Source: Eledone cirrhosa (Eukaryota). Taken from it: a DNA stretch of 64,000 nt. Both the position numbers and the translations under genes were made by a program. The number at the start of each line of letters is the position of its first letter. The first letter of the stretch is position 1. Shown one piece after another: positions 27,687-41,995 of this stretch. Under the pieces are notes generated by a model, which was not told where the DNA came from, searched no databases, and saw nothing but the letters and a program-made list of their open reading frames with translations. The stretch is from NCBI GenBank assembly GCA_964016885.1, contig OZ024746.1:43214001-43278000 (forward strand), read 5' to 3'.

Positions 27687-28920
27687 TTGATTTCAGCAAG
27701 GCCTTTGACAGGGTTGATCATAACATTCTACTGTGAAAGCTGTCCAATATTGGTGTCACTGGAAAGCTGCTGCAGTGGATCAAGAGCTTCGTGTCAAACA
27801 GAACCCAACATGTTGTAGTTGAGGGAGTCAAATCAAGCCCAGCCAAAGTCAGTAGTGGGGTCCCACAAGGCACTGTGTTGGGCCCACTTCTCTTCATCAT
27901 CTATATTAATGACATCACTGACATCATCAAACACAGCAACATTAAAATTTTCGCTGATGATTCCAAGCTCCAAAAGGTCATCAATGGCGTGGATGACCGG
28001 ATAAGCCTTCAGTCAGACCTACTGGCTGTTACCCAATGGGCAGAAAAGAACATGTTACTGAACGAAGACAAATTCGAACTGATCCACTTTGGAAAAGAGG
28101 ATGCTCTGAAACTCCCGTACTCCCTTCCCTCCGGGGAAACTCTCGTGGCATCTAACAACATCAGAGACTTGGGAGTAACCGTGGACAGCAACATAAGCTG
28201 GACCACGCATATAAGCAGCAAAGTTGACATGGCCCGCAGAATGTGTTCCTGGATCCTCAGAACCTTCCAGTCAAGAGATTCCCGCACCATTATCCTTCTC
28301 TTCTCTACTTTCGCCCGACCACACCTTGAATACTGTTGTCCACTGTAGTCTCCCCACACGAAACAAAGTATCATGAAACTTGAAGCTCCTCAAAGGGCAA
28401 TCACGAAAAAGATAGATGGCATGTCAGACCTTGACTACTGGGGTCGATTAGAAAACCTGAAACTTTACTCACTCCAACGTCGCCGTGAGCGTCATATTAT
28501 CTGCATGATGTGGAAAATGTTCCATCATCACTGCCCAAATGATGTTGGCATCACCTTCAAGATACACCCAAGGCTTGGGCCCCGTGCTATCCGTCCCATT
28601 CAAAAATCTAAATCGCAACTCATAACAACAATACGGCACAATTATTTCACCTCAATCGGCCCTGCTCTCTTCAGCATCACACCAGGACACGTGAAAACAG
28701 AAACTGACCACACAAAATTCAAGAAGTCTTTGGACAAATTCCTCCAAGTAATCCCGGACAAACCACCCACACCCGGATATGTCTCCGCAAACAGTAATTC
28801 TCTTCTCGAATGGGCCATGGTGCCCAAATCCTGAATTGAAAGACTTCCCAGGTGGTGCTATTAAGTTAGACATGGCCTGGGCCAATACTGGCCAAAACAT
28901 TTCAAAGTTATTCAAAGTTA
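27687..28920 (+). mobile_element. CR1-group LINE, 5'-truncated, copy 2 (better preserved)
   Basis: Encodes [12 protein letters not shown]...SGVPQGTVLGPLLFIIYIND...FADDSKL...RPHLEYC...YSLQRRRER...[10 protein letters not shown]. It has the 3' stem-loop and a (TTCAAAGTTA)2 tail. Confidence 0.93.
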
Positions 28921-28968
28921 TATATATATATATATATATATACTTATATATATATATATATATATATA

Positions 28969-29017
<49 letters not shown>

Positions 29018-29081
29018 TTATATATATATATATATATACTTATATATATATATATATATATACTTATATATATATATATAT

Positions 29082-29345
29082 ATTGTTATACTTTGGGAGG
29101 GTCATGTTGCCAATAAGAAACACACGCACCAGTTGCTTTCACTTCAATTTAATTTATTAAATATTTATAAATTTACAAATTTATAAATTTCTGGTTGGTT
29201 GGTTGGTTCCACAACCAGATAGTTGTTTATATATATATAGTCATAGTTCTTTCGTCACACACTCTGTGACCTCTTCAGTGACTGGGGATTTCTTTCTTCG
29301 TTTCTGTGCCTTTCCTTTCTTCTATCCTACGCCATTTTGTTTGTG
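29082..29345 (-). mobile_element. PLE family B terminal fragment, second copy
   Basis: Near-identical to 24716-24985. Confidence 0.88.
29239..29283 (-). ncRNA. Minimal type-I hammerhead ribozyme motif (second copy of 24879)
   Basis: Minus strand: AGTCA CTGAAGA g GTCACA-gagtg-TGTGAC GAAA gaac TA TGACT. Confidence 0.88.
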
Positions 29346-29395
29346 TGTGGGTTGCTAACCACTAAGCCATGTGCCTCCATCCAAGCCACCTGCCT

Positions 29396-29478
<83 letters not shown>

Positions 29479-29491
29479 CATATATATATAC

Positions 29492-29547
<56 letters not shown>

Positions 29548-29579
29548 ATATATAAAAATATATATATATATATATATAT

Positions 29580-30480
29580 AGTGAATCTAGCTAAGACAAA
29601 AGTGTTGATGGGTAGAAAGAGGACAAAACCCTGATTCCGTCAGGGAAATGGCCATGTTCGATATGCAGAAAAGGAACTGGCATAAATTCTATAAAATGCA
29701 CACAATGCAGATCCTGGGTACACAAGAGATGTAGCGGGATAGCAGGTAAACTAACAGGTAGGGAGAAATATGTATGCAGTAGATGTACAGGGAAATTAGA
29801 CAGTAGAAGTCGCATTGCTAGACACATTTTTCAAATGCAGGAGGGCGCTATAGAAGTGGTGGATAGCTTCCGGTACCTAGGAGATCAGATTAGTATGGGA
29901 GGAGGGTGTTCCGAGGCCATAGTATCTAGAATAAGGACTTGTTGGAAGAAGTTTAGGGAGCTGCTTCCTCTGTTTAAGAAGAAAGGTTTCTCCCTGCATA
30001 CGAAAGGCCGGTTGTATGATGCCTGTGTGAGGAGCGCGATGCTGCATGGTAGTGAGACATGGGCAGCAACGGCAGAGGATATGCGACTGCTGGAGAGAAA
30101 TGATGCAAGCATGCTCTGTTGGATGTGCAGTGTAAATGTGCGTGAACGACCCAGCATAAATGTGTTGAGAGAGAAACTGTGTCTGAGAGGGATAGAATGT
30201 AGTGTACGGGAGAGGAGACTGAGGTGGTATGGACATGTGATGCGCATGGAGGATGACCGATGGGTGAAGAAGTGCCAGGAATTGCCAGTTGAAGGAAGAC
30301 GTGGTAGAGGTAGACCACGAAAAACATGGGCGGAGGTGGTGAGAACAGACCTCAGATCATTGAAGCTCACGGTGGAGATGACAAGGGACCATGACGAGTG
30401 GAGAGATGCTGAATAAGACCCGTCCCACCCTTGCAAGCAGGGAAAAGCGGACGTAAAATGATGATGATGATGATGATGAT
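29580..30480 (+). mobile_element. RTE-clade LINE, 5'-truncated, short 3'UTR, (GAT)n tail
   Basis: Encodes [51 protein letters not shown] and GRGRPRKTW. The tail is gcaagcagggaaaagcggacgtaaaa(tga)n. Confidence 0.93.
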
Positions 30481-33400
30481 ATATATATATGCCATTTTGC
30501 TGTTTTAACTGCTTCCTTGCGCTGAGTTCAACATACATTTGTTTACATTTCTTATAGCTATCGCAGCTTTCTATTTCGGGCAGATATCATACCTGAGGTT
30601 TGTTGGCCTTACCCTTTCTTTCATTTTTTCTCTCTCTTCCTTTCTTTCATTCTTTCCTTCCTCCCCACTCTTGCCTTCCTCTCACTGTTTCTTTTCTTTC
30701 TTTCTCCCTTTACCTAGCCATCACTCCTGCTTAGAGAGCCATTCTTCTCCCCTTTCTTACAATGACTCGAAGCCGAGATGATGCACTTCATTCTACTCTC
30801 TGCTTTACAATCTATGCGTTACTTCCACAAACATTATGCCAACAGAGATAATTATTTCTCCATTGTTACGAGCCCTCTATCTTACATGGTCCTTTCAGTT
30901 AAATTGTTGAAACTACAGGCAGTCTAAAAGCTGATGAGAAAATTTAATATTTGTGAGATCCCCTCTTGTCTATTTTATCCCTTCCCCATTTCTTCCTATT
31001 GCTTCTCTGAGCCAACACACTGCTAGCCACTGATTTCTATCATTTGAGGTAAATTTTACCCGCCACCACCTTTGACGGCATTTTGCTGTTTTAACAGCTT
31101 CCTTGTGCCACATTCTATATATATAGTTCAAGGAGGCAACAAATAGGTACAAAAAGTCTTAGTTTCACACTTTACATTGGAAAGAGGAAAGAATGTTTGA
31201 CGTGTTGAACTTAAGCCCTTCTTCAGAAGTACAAAATAGAGACAGGATCACAATTGAGAAACAGAAAAAGGGTGCAGTAAGGACACAAAAAAATCGAATA
31301 TATATATATATATTGGTATCCACCTGTTTATGGTTTGGCTAATAACATTTTTATGTAGGATATCAAGACGAGAAAAGGGTAGTGACATAACCCACTACTT
31401 ATTAATCAAAATATTGATTTACCATGATCAATCAACCCTCTGAAATGATTGTAAAACAATGAACTAATTAAGAACCAATCTTCAAATTTATTTTATTTTC
31501 AATTGTTCATATAGATACATACACATATTTATATATATTGCATGTTCGCTTTTAAAAGAAAAAAAAAATAGAGAAAAATCTCTTTGCACAAGAACTTTAT
31601 GAATGGCAAAGTCTTTGTAATATATGCTGATAAGATGATAGCTTGAGTGTAATACAGGCTTAATGAATGTTTTCAACTAAAGTTACTGATAGGTCTTCTG
31701 ATATTTTTAGTTTAAAATTAAATAGCAGCTCACATATTTGTAAAATATATATACAAACATTAATATGGCTATCTAAATTTGTAAAGATGTATTTAATGCT
31801 GAGAAATAGAAAGAAGTACCAAATGAGGATAGAATGTTTTCCAGGCATTTTATAGAATTAAAACCATGAGCATTTAGAATGAGAAAACAGATATGAAGGC
31901 TGTGATGAGATAAAGCAACTTTTGCAATATTTTACTGATTTCTTTTCCAGCAAATTTAGATTTTTTTCTACCAATATATAAACATCTGTTAGGAGTTGTT
32001 ATCCGTCTTAATTGCTGTTAAATATTTAGAAAGATTTCTTTCAAGTCATTAATGTATATCAGTTAAATAGATTGCTCAAAAACAATTTATAGTGATGGAG
32101 AAATAAAGCTTTTGATATTTCTTTTTATTTCTCTGTTATCTGTAGGTTGAAGGTAGGAGTTAAGAGATGTAGGATGTTTTCAATAGAAGAATACTTGGAG
32201 CTAATAGTGTTTTTCTTTATAAATGATAGAAGTTTAAACTGTTTGATAGAGTTCTGGTTTATTGATTGGAGAGTTGTTAGTTTTTAAACACTCACCATTA
32301 CATTAGTGTCTCCATTACAAAGAAATTGAACTCCCAATGGCCCACTCCAGCTAACTACAAATAGGTAACATGTGGTGATAATGCAAGGATCCTACAACTG
32401 AATAATATAATATTAACTTATAAAACGATATGTCTACCACTTTGTATAATAAAATTAGCATGGAGAGCTTGATTTGGGTAAGATGTGAAAATAAATGGAA
32501 AATATAGTATTTAGTGTATCATAATTTGATTACTAAAGAGAGCAAAGAAATAGAATTGAAATAATTTATTTATCGTTTAAAATATCTATCTTGATATGAA
32601 GCAATGTGTTTATTAATTAAGAACTGAACATTTATGTATTATAAATCAAATGTCAATGTTAATATAAAGCTGTATATTTGAATATAAATATAATTCGAAT
32701 GTAAAACATTAACATTTTTTAATAAGAGATAGTATGAAAATATATATAAACTCTAGATGAAAATACATTCAATGAATGAGATGATGACTGTTACATAAAT
32801 AGTGATTTGTTTTGAATTGAGAATTAGTGTAGTAAGGAAAATATTAAAAATTATATATAACATGAATTGTTTTCTCTTCTATTTATGCAACATAGCAAAT
32901 GATATGCCTTTACTCATTGCACTTGAACTTCTCATATATTAGGGGAAACATTAGCAGCCAATTTATAGAAATTTCCATCAATGGCTTTTATTGTGTTAAA
33001 TAGACATCGCTAGAACCATTTTCTTTATGAAATTTAATCAAAAAGCGATTATTAAACCATAAACTAGCATTTGTATCAAATTCTATTGATTTACCTGAAC
33101 ATAATTGATGTACGTACATTGTTTGCATATTTTGCCATTAGCAAATTGCCAGTTAGTTTTAAATTAGTTGTAGGTTTTTCTTAGCAATTTACCATTCATT
33201 CAATCTACATGGTCTAATATTCTATTGTTATAGTATATATTTGTGTATTTGTAAAACCTCTTTCTGAATGAGTGTATATTAATCTATTTAAAAAAAATAG
33301 TGAAGCCTTATGAGATCTAGAACCAGTGACTTACATAAAGGCATTGATTATTACTCCAATAATAATGTTTGCTTGTGCTCACATGAATATGTATTTATAG

Positions 33401-35979
33401 GAATATGGGTGTATGAAAGTATGCATGAGTATGTTAAGCTGTCATTTTGCACTTACATTTCTGCTTACTCATTAAGGAAGAAAATTAAAAATGGATTATC
33501 ACATCATACTAGTCTAAATCTGTTTTTTTATGTATTTTTATTTAAGAAGAAAATGTATATAAAAGTAACAAGAAACTGTATAAATGTACAATCTTATCCA
33601 AATGTATGCATATTATTGACTGCATGTTTTAATTTACATACATTTTAATAATTAATAACTTTGGTACGTGCTGTTGTATATTTTACATTAGGATATTTCT
33701 TGCTGTAGAGCTTTCAGGTTTGTTACTAAAGTATGCATTTGTTGAGACATCAAAGCTTTTGAAGAACTTCAAAGTCTAAATGCTAATAAATAGATTCCTT
33801 TGTATTGGGGATATTCAATATGGATTCATTAATATTTTTCTTACAAATTTTATTTTTAATTTTAAAGCAGAGCTCATAAATAATTGCCTTAAAGATTAAC
33901 ATAATCTATTTAAGAGAAATTTATACTTTAGAAAATAAAAAGATCCATAATACTAATATTTTTAAATAACAAAAAATAAATAGCAAGGTTGTATTATTGT
34001 TTGTCAAGAACCTTGTTAAAGATTATGATTCATGATTTCAGCATGAAGCTCTTAACTGAATGAAATCCTGACCGTTCATCTATAACAATAGGCTCTGTTT
34101 CCTTTATTTCATTATGGGTAAGCCAGCTTACTCCGTAATATCAAAACATACAGTACTCACACTTTACCAAAAGGAACATCATTATGAGCCTCATGTTTTA
34201 CAAATAGCTGATCCAAGCACCATATCAACCCTCCCAGAGTTTGACAGCTGGAATAATAGTAGGTTAGCGTTATTCTATTGATCCCAAGAGGATGAAAGAC
34301 AAAGAAAACTTCAATAGGATTTGAACTCAGAGTTCTTTAATGACACTGCTAAATTGATTGCTATATATATATTTCTGTTTTTATTATCTTCCCTACTGCA
34401 CAATGGTTGTTTATAAAGTAAATACATCATTTCATTCCTTAAAACAGATCGTTCTTTAAATGTTTTGAGCTGCAAGTAATACCTTTTGTTCTTTCTTCTA
34501 TAAATTTCAAATCCCTAACATAGGCTTTTCATTGACCTCATCTAACATACATAACTGCATTGCAGAGCTATTTGTATTAAATGTCATCAGTTGAGTCCTC
34601 ATTGTGACATAATTCATTTACTAAATTTGTAAATATCATAGATCTCTCTTTTGTGCTACATTCAAGCCCACAAATCCAGAGTGAAATTATATTAGGCATT
34701 AATTCTATATAAGAATATAAGAATATGCATTTTAGAAAAAGCAAATATGTTTTTAAATACAGAACTAATTTATATGGTGTAAATATGTAACATAACTTTT
34801 CACACACAAATTTTATTGTGTTAATCTTTTATACAATGACATTTAAAATAACACTAATCAATAAGTTCATGTTTTTGAATACTTGAAATTCAATACAAAA
34901 CAACATTGTCCAGCTACCAAAAAAAACATTCAAAATGGTATCTGTGAAATAAATAATAATGATGATCTAATGAAACCAATAGCCGGTCATTAGATATATA
35001 TTGACTATTAAGTCACTAGCCCAACTATAAAAACCATTGTTTCAAGATTAACAGTTTGTTCATATTTCACAGAGTTCACCTTCCAGCTACAACAATTTCT
35101 TACTCGATACACTGTATTAACAATTACTTAACTTAATGTAATAGACTATCAGTATGCCAAAAATTGAAAGAATTTCTGGCAATGTTTATAGTTCAACCAG
35201 ACCCCAATGTATATAAATATTCTAGAAACTTTTTTTATTTGACTTTTACAAGAATCACTGAAGCCTTAATGTAGATTGATGAATCAATCAACTGGTTATT
35301 GTTATTTTGGAAAGTGGGTCAAGTAATCTTTCCTATGCAGAACAGACACATTTAGGGCTAAAGAAACTTCAATTTATTTCAATATATTAAACTTGAACTA
35401 TTTCCCTATTGAGCAATATTAAAATTAACTTGAATTCATTAAGTGCCTTCTGACTTATACTTCTGTATTGTCTCTGCTAGTATGCATATATACTCACAAA
35501 GATGTACATTCTTTGTGAGCATATATATTCTAAACTAAAGTGGAACAAATAAGCTCTTAACACTGTCAAATTTGATTGATCATGAAGATAAAAAAAGAAT
35601 TCATTGCTAACTGCAGGAAGAGAGATGTGGAAAGAGAAATAAGAAAAGATGAGAGGAGAGTTAGTGAGAGAGAAAGAGAATGCACTAAAAAATTACTAAA
35701 TCAGTAACATATATTTTACCCAATTGTACTTTAGCAAGAGGCTCCAGAGAATTGATAGAATGTGAATGGCTTCTTGCTGATAAGCCTTGTGTTTAATAAG
35801 ATGTGATATAAAGAATCAACTTACCATTGGTGCAACTGATCAGAGATAAATTACAAAAATAATGGAATAGATGGAGTGAAATAATAATAAAAAAAGATAA
35901 TGATATTAAAAATAATAATAATAAACATGCCTTAGATAACCCTTATTGGCTATAATAATAATAGTAATAATGATAATGA

Positions 35980-36193
35980 TGATTTCTGATTTAGGCACAA
36001 GGCCAACAATTTGGTAGGGGGAGGGAGTGGTTGTTTACATCGATTCCCAGTACTTGTCTAGTACTTAATTTTATCGATCCTGAAAGGATGAAAGCAAAGT
36101 TGACCTTGGTGGAATTTGATCTCAGAATGTAAAAAGCTATAACAATTACTATAAAGCAATTTATCCATTGTTTTAATAGTTGTGCAATCCACC

Positions 36194-36195
<2 letters not shown>
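35980..36195 (-). mobile_element. SINE family 2 copy flanked by (AAT)n
   Basis: Reverse complement of the 9763 consensus; (AAT)n at 36196-36236. Confidence 0.8.
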
Positions 36196-36237
<42 letters not shown>

Positions 36238-36317
36238 GACTCACTATAAAGGCTGGAGGCATGATATAATAGAAAAGGTGATTCACTGGCATTTATGTAA
36301 ACTAAATAATTTACCAC

Positions 36318-36482
36318 ATTCTGAGAAGTGGTATGAGCATAAGCCAGAGTCAGTGATAGAAAACAATCAAGTGAAGGTGCTATGGGATTTCAGGATACAG
36401 ACAGACAAGAAATTAGAACACAATAGGCCTGACTTGGTTGGTTTTTGACAAAGAAAAAAGATTGTGCCTGATTGTAGATGTA
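36318..36482 (+). mobile_element. R4/Dong-like non-LTR element, restriction-like endonuclease fragment
   Basis: KWYEHKPESVIENNQVKVLWDF-IQTDKKLEHNRPDLV-FDKEKRLCLIVDV (PD...D signature). Confidence 0.85.
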
Positions 36483-36484
36483 AT

Positions 36485-36672
36485 AATTGTTTCTACTGTT
36501 GGCACACGGCCAGCAAATTACCCAGTACATTACTGGTACTTTATTTTATCGACCCTGTAAGGATGAAAGGCAAAGTTAACCACGGTGGGTTTTGAACTCA
36601 GTCCGTAAAGGGACATAACTGTGCTGCAAAGCATGGCATCTGACCTTCTACCGATACTGCCAATCCACCATG
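36485..36672 (-). mobile_element. SINE family 2 copy
   Basis: tactggtactttattttatcgaccc...ggatgaaaggcaaagtt...taccgatactgccaatccacc. Confidence 0.85.
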
Positions 36673-36679
36673 TAATAAT

Positions 36680-38240
36680 AATACTGGGATGGTGTCCAGC
36701 ATGTCTTAACCCAATGCTGTGGGGTTATGAATACTAAGTTGGTGTTCAGCACAGCATAGCATATCCAAATGAAGGTAGACATACCTCTCTAAGTTTGATG
36801 AAGTGAATCTGTATAGAATAGTGGTGAAAATCCTCTGTGCCAGTTTTTTTAAAAAATGGATCCTTCATATAAAACGCAGACTAGAAACAAATTATACTGC
36901 ACCATCCACCATGTGGGTCAGCAAGAGATGCATCCCTCTGGGAGGAACCTGTCAAGATCCAAAATAGGAACAATCTCCAATGAAAATGATTCTGGGGGAA
37001 ATCAGAACTGATAAATCAATCCTAACACTTTAAAACAAACACCAAATAACACAAATGTCAAAAGAATGGCTAAAGAAATAGATGGGCAAGTCATGACAAC
37101 ATTCTACACAGCTTTGAACCAACCAGAAAGTAATAAAGCAGTGTTATGTTTTAATATCTGGAGAGAAGTGATAGGGAATGACACCCATAATAACTTTGAT
37201 GCAAACAAACTAGCCAACATACACAGAGACATCATGCATAACAACCATATTACACCCACATAATTAGAGACAATCAAAATTAATGTCACTATCATCTCAG
37301 AAAATCAGACTGAAGCACATGATGCAAACACTGGGAATAATGAACAGGAAAAGATTATTCAACCAATTGATAAAGACACCCCTGAACATAATGTTTATGT
37401 AGGCAACTTAGAACCTAAAATAGTAGATGGTCAAGCTGAAATTGAGGTGACAGAAGGTAGGAATGAACCTGAAGCTGCAATGGCTAACACATTTGCTGCA
37501 GTCAATAGGGAGAAAATACTTGAAGCAAAAAGTAATATCTTGAGAGAGAGTTAGGTATTTTTAACATGAGAGAGATCAATTACCCAACTTTCAGAACAAG
37601 AAATCAAATCGCTGTGCAGACAAAATATATGACTATGCCCTGAAGCAGCTTCTTGAATCTGAGACAGATTTACCTTCATTAAACCATCTTAAATACTCAA
37701 CATCTATTTCTGCCACAAAAAAAAATAGGCAGCAAAAGGAAGAATAGGGCTCCAAAAAAAACACAAGCATCCAAGGTAGAAAGAGTGCATAAATAAGGAA
37801 ATCAGAGCTTCCAAGGGAAATTATCAATCTTAGACGAACTCTCCAAATGAAATAATATAAAAATGAGAATGGCTAGAAAGTTGAAACAAAAGTACAATCT
37901 GTTGAATTCCTGAGAGCAAAAGCGATAGTTATGCAAAGAGATCAGGTTAAGGCCCACAGATATGAAAAGAGAAAGAAAATTTACAGACAAAATTAGATAT
38001 TTGAAACTGATATTAAGAAATTTGACAGTGTTAGGGAAACAGTCGATCGATGTAAAATACCCACCTGATATGAAAAAAGTAAAGACATTTTTGGAAAAAT
38101 ATAGGAGTGATGGAAAGTAATTTTACAAGGAAGCTGGATTTTTAGGGAGAGAAAAAAGAATCGCTAAGATTGAAGAATAAGAATGGGAATATATTACAAT
38201 ACAGGAACTAACTGAAGATCTTTCTAAAATATCCATTAGG
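36680..38240 (+). mobile_element. Decayed 5' portion of an R4/Dong-like LINE
   Basis: QVMTTFYTAL...IWREV...FDANKLANIHRDI, HRYEKRKKIYRQN.IFETDIKKF, PP...TF(W)KN and EWEYITIQEL resemble Dong/R4 N-terminal, pre-RT regions. It begins right after taataataat. Confidence 0.7.
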
Positions 38241-38484
38241 TAACAGAGAAATTCAGAGCTTTGTGTAGGATGTCTCCCTGGAATTATCCAAACGTGTACT
38301 CACTATTGGGAAACTTATCCTTGTTAACATTTGTTATTGCTTTCCTCATTTTTCTATTATTGTTATTCCTACTGTTTTCATTTCAATGATGCCCCTTTTC
38401 CTTTACTTAATGGAAACCACATTTTGTTTTGTGTTGTCTTTGCATTGACCTCAATCTCTTATTCCCGTGTGTCCAATACACGAA

Positions 38485-38587
38485 AACAACAACAGCAACA
38501 AAACAACAGCAGCAACAAAACAACAACAGCAACAACACAACAACAACAGGAACAACAACAACAACAACAACAACAGCAACAACAACA
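38485..38587. repeat. (CAA)n microsatellite
   Basis: Directly visible. Confidence 0.95.
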
Positions 38588-39489
38588 AATGTTGAATATG
38601 GTTGTAAAAGGAAAGGATAAAACAGGGTTAGTGTAATAAACATATTGGCTATTCCAATGATATGGTATAGAGATGGGGGTTATAAAATGGAGGAAAGGAG
38701 GGATTATGAGGATGGATACAAAACCAGTGAATGGTGTACTACATCCGAAAAGAGATGGTGATAGAATCTATACGAAAATTGAGGTAAATAATCTTAGTTT
38801 GTATATTCAAAATATATGTTAAAGCCAAGCAGATAGGAGTAAAATAATGGGACACTTTACAGTTGTAATTGCTGCATGTGAAAAGATTGAATCATCATCA
38901 TTGTTTAACATCAATTTTCTAATGCTGCTATGGGTTGGACTGGTCATGCTGGATTAATTCAGTACTTTAGCAGAGCTATAGTCCTTCCATATGGGAGAAG
39001 AGTCATGTCTTGCTTAAACACATTCCGATTTTGGCATATGCCATTCCTAGCATTAACCACCCAACAGATTATATAAAAGCCAATTTATAAGAGACATGGA
39101 AAGGGAATTAAATAAACAAGCATCAATGGAATGGATATGAAAACCAATTTATCTTAAAACAAATATTTTGAAAATTATTATGAATGTTAGACATAACTAT
39201 TATAAAGTAATAACTGTCCTAAATGGTTGGAGAGGTGATGCATGTGACATTTGAAAACCTTTCAAGACAGATGTTAATTTGGTTGATGTTAAATGGTTTT
39301 TACCCAGAGAAAAACAATGAGTGAAGGATGATTGGGTAAAACGTTTAATGCAGAGTTTAGAGTGTGAGGAAAAATACAATAATTATGGAAGGAGGATAGA
39401 TAAGTGCATTATGTTACCTTGCTTGTAGACAATAACAACATTACCTACTAATGTTATCTAACTTTTATCATTATTATTGGCTTATCATG

Positions 39490-39690
39490 AAGGCAGTGGA
39501 TTGGCAATATTAATAGAGGGCTGGGCAAAATGTTTTGTGGTGTTTAGCTATGACTTTCTACATTCTGAGTTCGAATCCTGCCGAGCTCAAATTTGACTTT
39601 AATCTTTCCAGTTAAAGTACTGGGGGTCAATATAATCAATTTTCCCCAACCCCTAAATTGCTGGCTTTAGGTCACAGCCAGAGAGAATAA
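39490..39690 (+). mobile_element. SINE family 2 copy (diverged)
   Basis: ggattggcaat...ctgagttcgaatcctgccgag...aaattgctggc. Confidence 0.75.
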
Positions 39691-41814
39691 TTAGCTTACC
39701 ATAAACTATTAGATTTTAAAACACTTATTTGTTACTAAATTACTATATTCTTACTGCTTTATTACTACTTTTACTTTTATTTTCATTTTAGAACTTTATC
39801 ATTGTGGCTATTGATCAAATGCAACAATAATCCAAATTGAACAAGTTCTTATTTAGTGTAAGGTAGTATGAAGTTAGCTAATTCAGAGAAGCATGAGTCA
39901 TTAAAGTAGAAGGAACAGAAAGAACACAGCATATGGCTAGAATAGTAATGGAGTGTGCTTATGAGTAAGTTCTTTTCTAATCAGCATAATGGCTATTTTC
40001 TATATCGACAAGTGTTTCACCACAATCCATTCCCAGATATATGTGAAGTACTCTAAAGTGAGTTGCACTACATATTTCTAGAGTGAGCACCTTATCAATG
40101 CTGAAGTATTTCCTGACCTTGAAAGAGGAATTTTATTACTCAGTTTCAATAATGTTATAGGTGTGCAATCACTGTATGAGGTCTGTTTGCCTCACTGTTA
40201 TTCTAGTTCCATTTTTTGATATTATATATTATTAAAAGCTTCAGTATAGTTAAAAATACAATATTTAATCTTATATAAGTTCTGAATATATAAGCCATCT
40301 TTTTATTGTCTTGAACATATTCTGGATTAATTGTTAACACACTTACTTTAATAAGTAGAAAACATTTTTTAATTTCTAAGTAATAGATTCCTAAACCTTT
40401 AATATTATAAATTGATATACTAATTCTATATTTGCCAATCAAGTGAGATTGCTAAGTTGAAGAGAAACAACTACTTTAAATCAACAAATAAGAATTTTGA
40501 GTCTTGATATCCAGAAGTTCATTAAAAATAAGTTAATATTTATGGGATATGCTGTGCAGTTGTAAAATAGACAATCATATCAATGGACATTAAATACCCT
40601 GTGAAATGATCAGTGTTAAATGCATGTCCCCAGTGTGTAAAAAGAATTTGTTGGTACATGATTCATTGGAACTAAAAAGAAGCAGATTGCTATGACTTGG
40701 CAAAAAGTGCAACCAATCTAATTAAGACAACAGATAATCAAATTGTTTTTTGAAGTGGAACATAAGTTCTAACATGTTAGGACATAATTACTTTTGATGC
40801 CTGAACCAGAATTAGCATAGTATCTACAATTCACAACTGGCATCTGTTGATAGTAAAGCATCTGTTTTTTTTTCAGTTTTTTTTCAATTGACTGCATTTT
40901 GTTTTAAACCACAGAATATAATTTATGTATATTATTCTTAATTGCTGTCGAATTCAATTGGGATAAAATGAAAAGCTTTTTTAGGAAGCAATAATTTAAA
41001 GTAATGAAGAATAATGTTTTGTCTGATATGTTAAAGCCTAAACTCTGTATCAAATGTACTAATCTCTTTAATTAAGCATAGGTTTCATCCAAGCAGTATA
41101 TTGAAATTGTGCAAATAAAACATATAATTGGATCAGACAAATATATATTTTAATTATTAGTATTATTTTTAACAAAACATCAACAAAATTTGAAATTGAT
41201 ATTTATACAACAATTTAACTGCTTCACTTTATTTTTATTTTAATTTATAGTTTTCATAAATTTGGAATAGCTATCTAGTGTTGGACTTAGTGACAGTATG
41301 TTACTGGTGCATTAATAATGTTTTATTTCAATTCTATACAGTACTATATAATATATCTATAGCTTTTAGCCAACATTGTTTACAATATACAGATATAAAC
41401 ACATTTCCTTTAGATACACTATTTTTTTCATCAGTTGGACTAGTTTCAATTTGTGATCAGCAATCAAGTACCCACTTCAAACTTCTCATGAGGTATTGTG
41501 TAGAGACCAATTTGTATATGTAAATCCATTTTAATTAATGAATTACTAGTGCATTCACTGTGGTTTCTTTCAATGCTATACTATAATTTTCTGTCCACAA
41601 AAATATTGCATATAAAGACAAGGTGACTACATTTTTTATCATTCCCATAACACCTATTATTATAGGTATTGTAACTGTCTTCATCTACATACAGGTTATT
41701 TCTGTCTTTAGATTTTTATATTTGTATAGTTTCTCCATTTTCTTGGTAGATATAGTGTCATTTTCCTTTATGTACAATGACTACAGAATATCAACCAGAT
41801 ACTATATTATTATT

Positions 41815-41995
41815 ACTGGCTTCTGATTTAGGCACAAACCAACAATTTTAGGGGACGGGAAAGTGCATTACTGGTGCTTTATTTTATCGACCCCATAATG
41901 ATGAAAGGCAAAGCTGACCTCAGCAGGATTTAAACTCAGAACATAAAGGGACATAACTATGCTGCAAAGCATAGTGTCTGACACTCTACCAGCAT
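41815..41995 (-). mobile_element. SINE family 2 copy
   Basis: ctttattttatcgacccc...gatgaaaggcaaagctgacctcagcaggattt. Confidence 0.8.

Noticed and set aside
38331-38643. PolyQ/polyT/polyV ORFs
   Set aside because: A (CAA)n microsatellite open in several frames, with no coding context.
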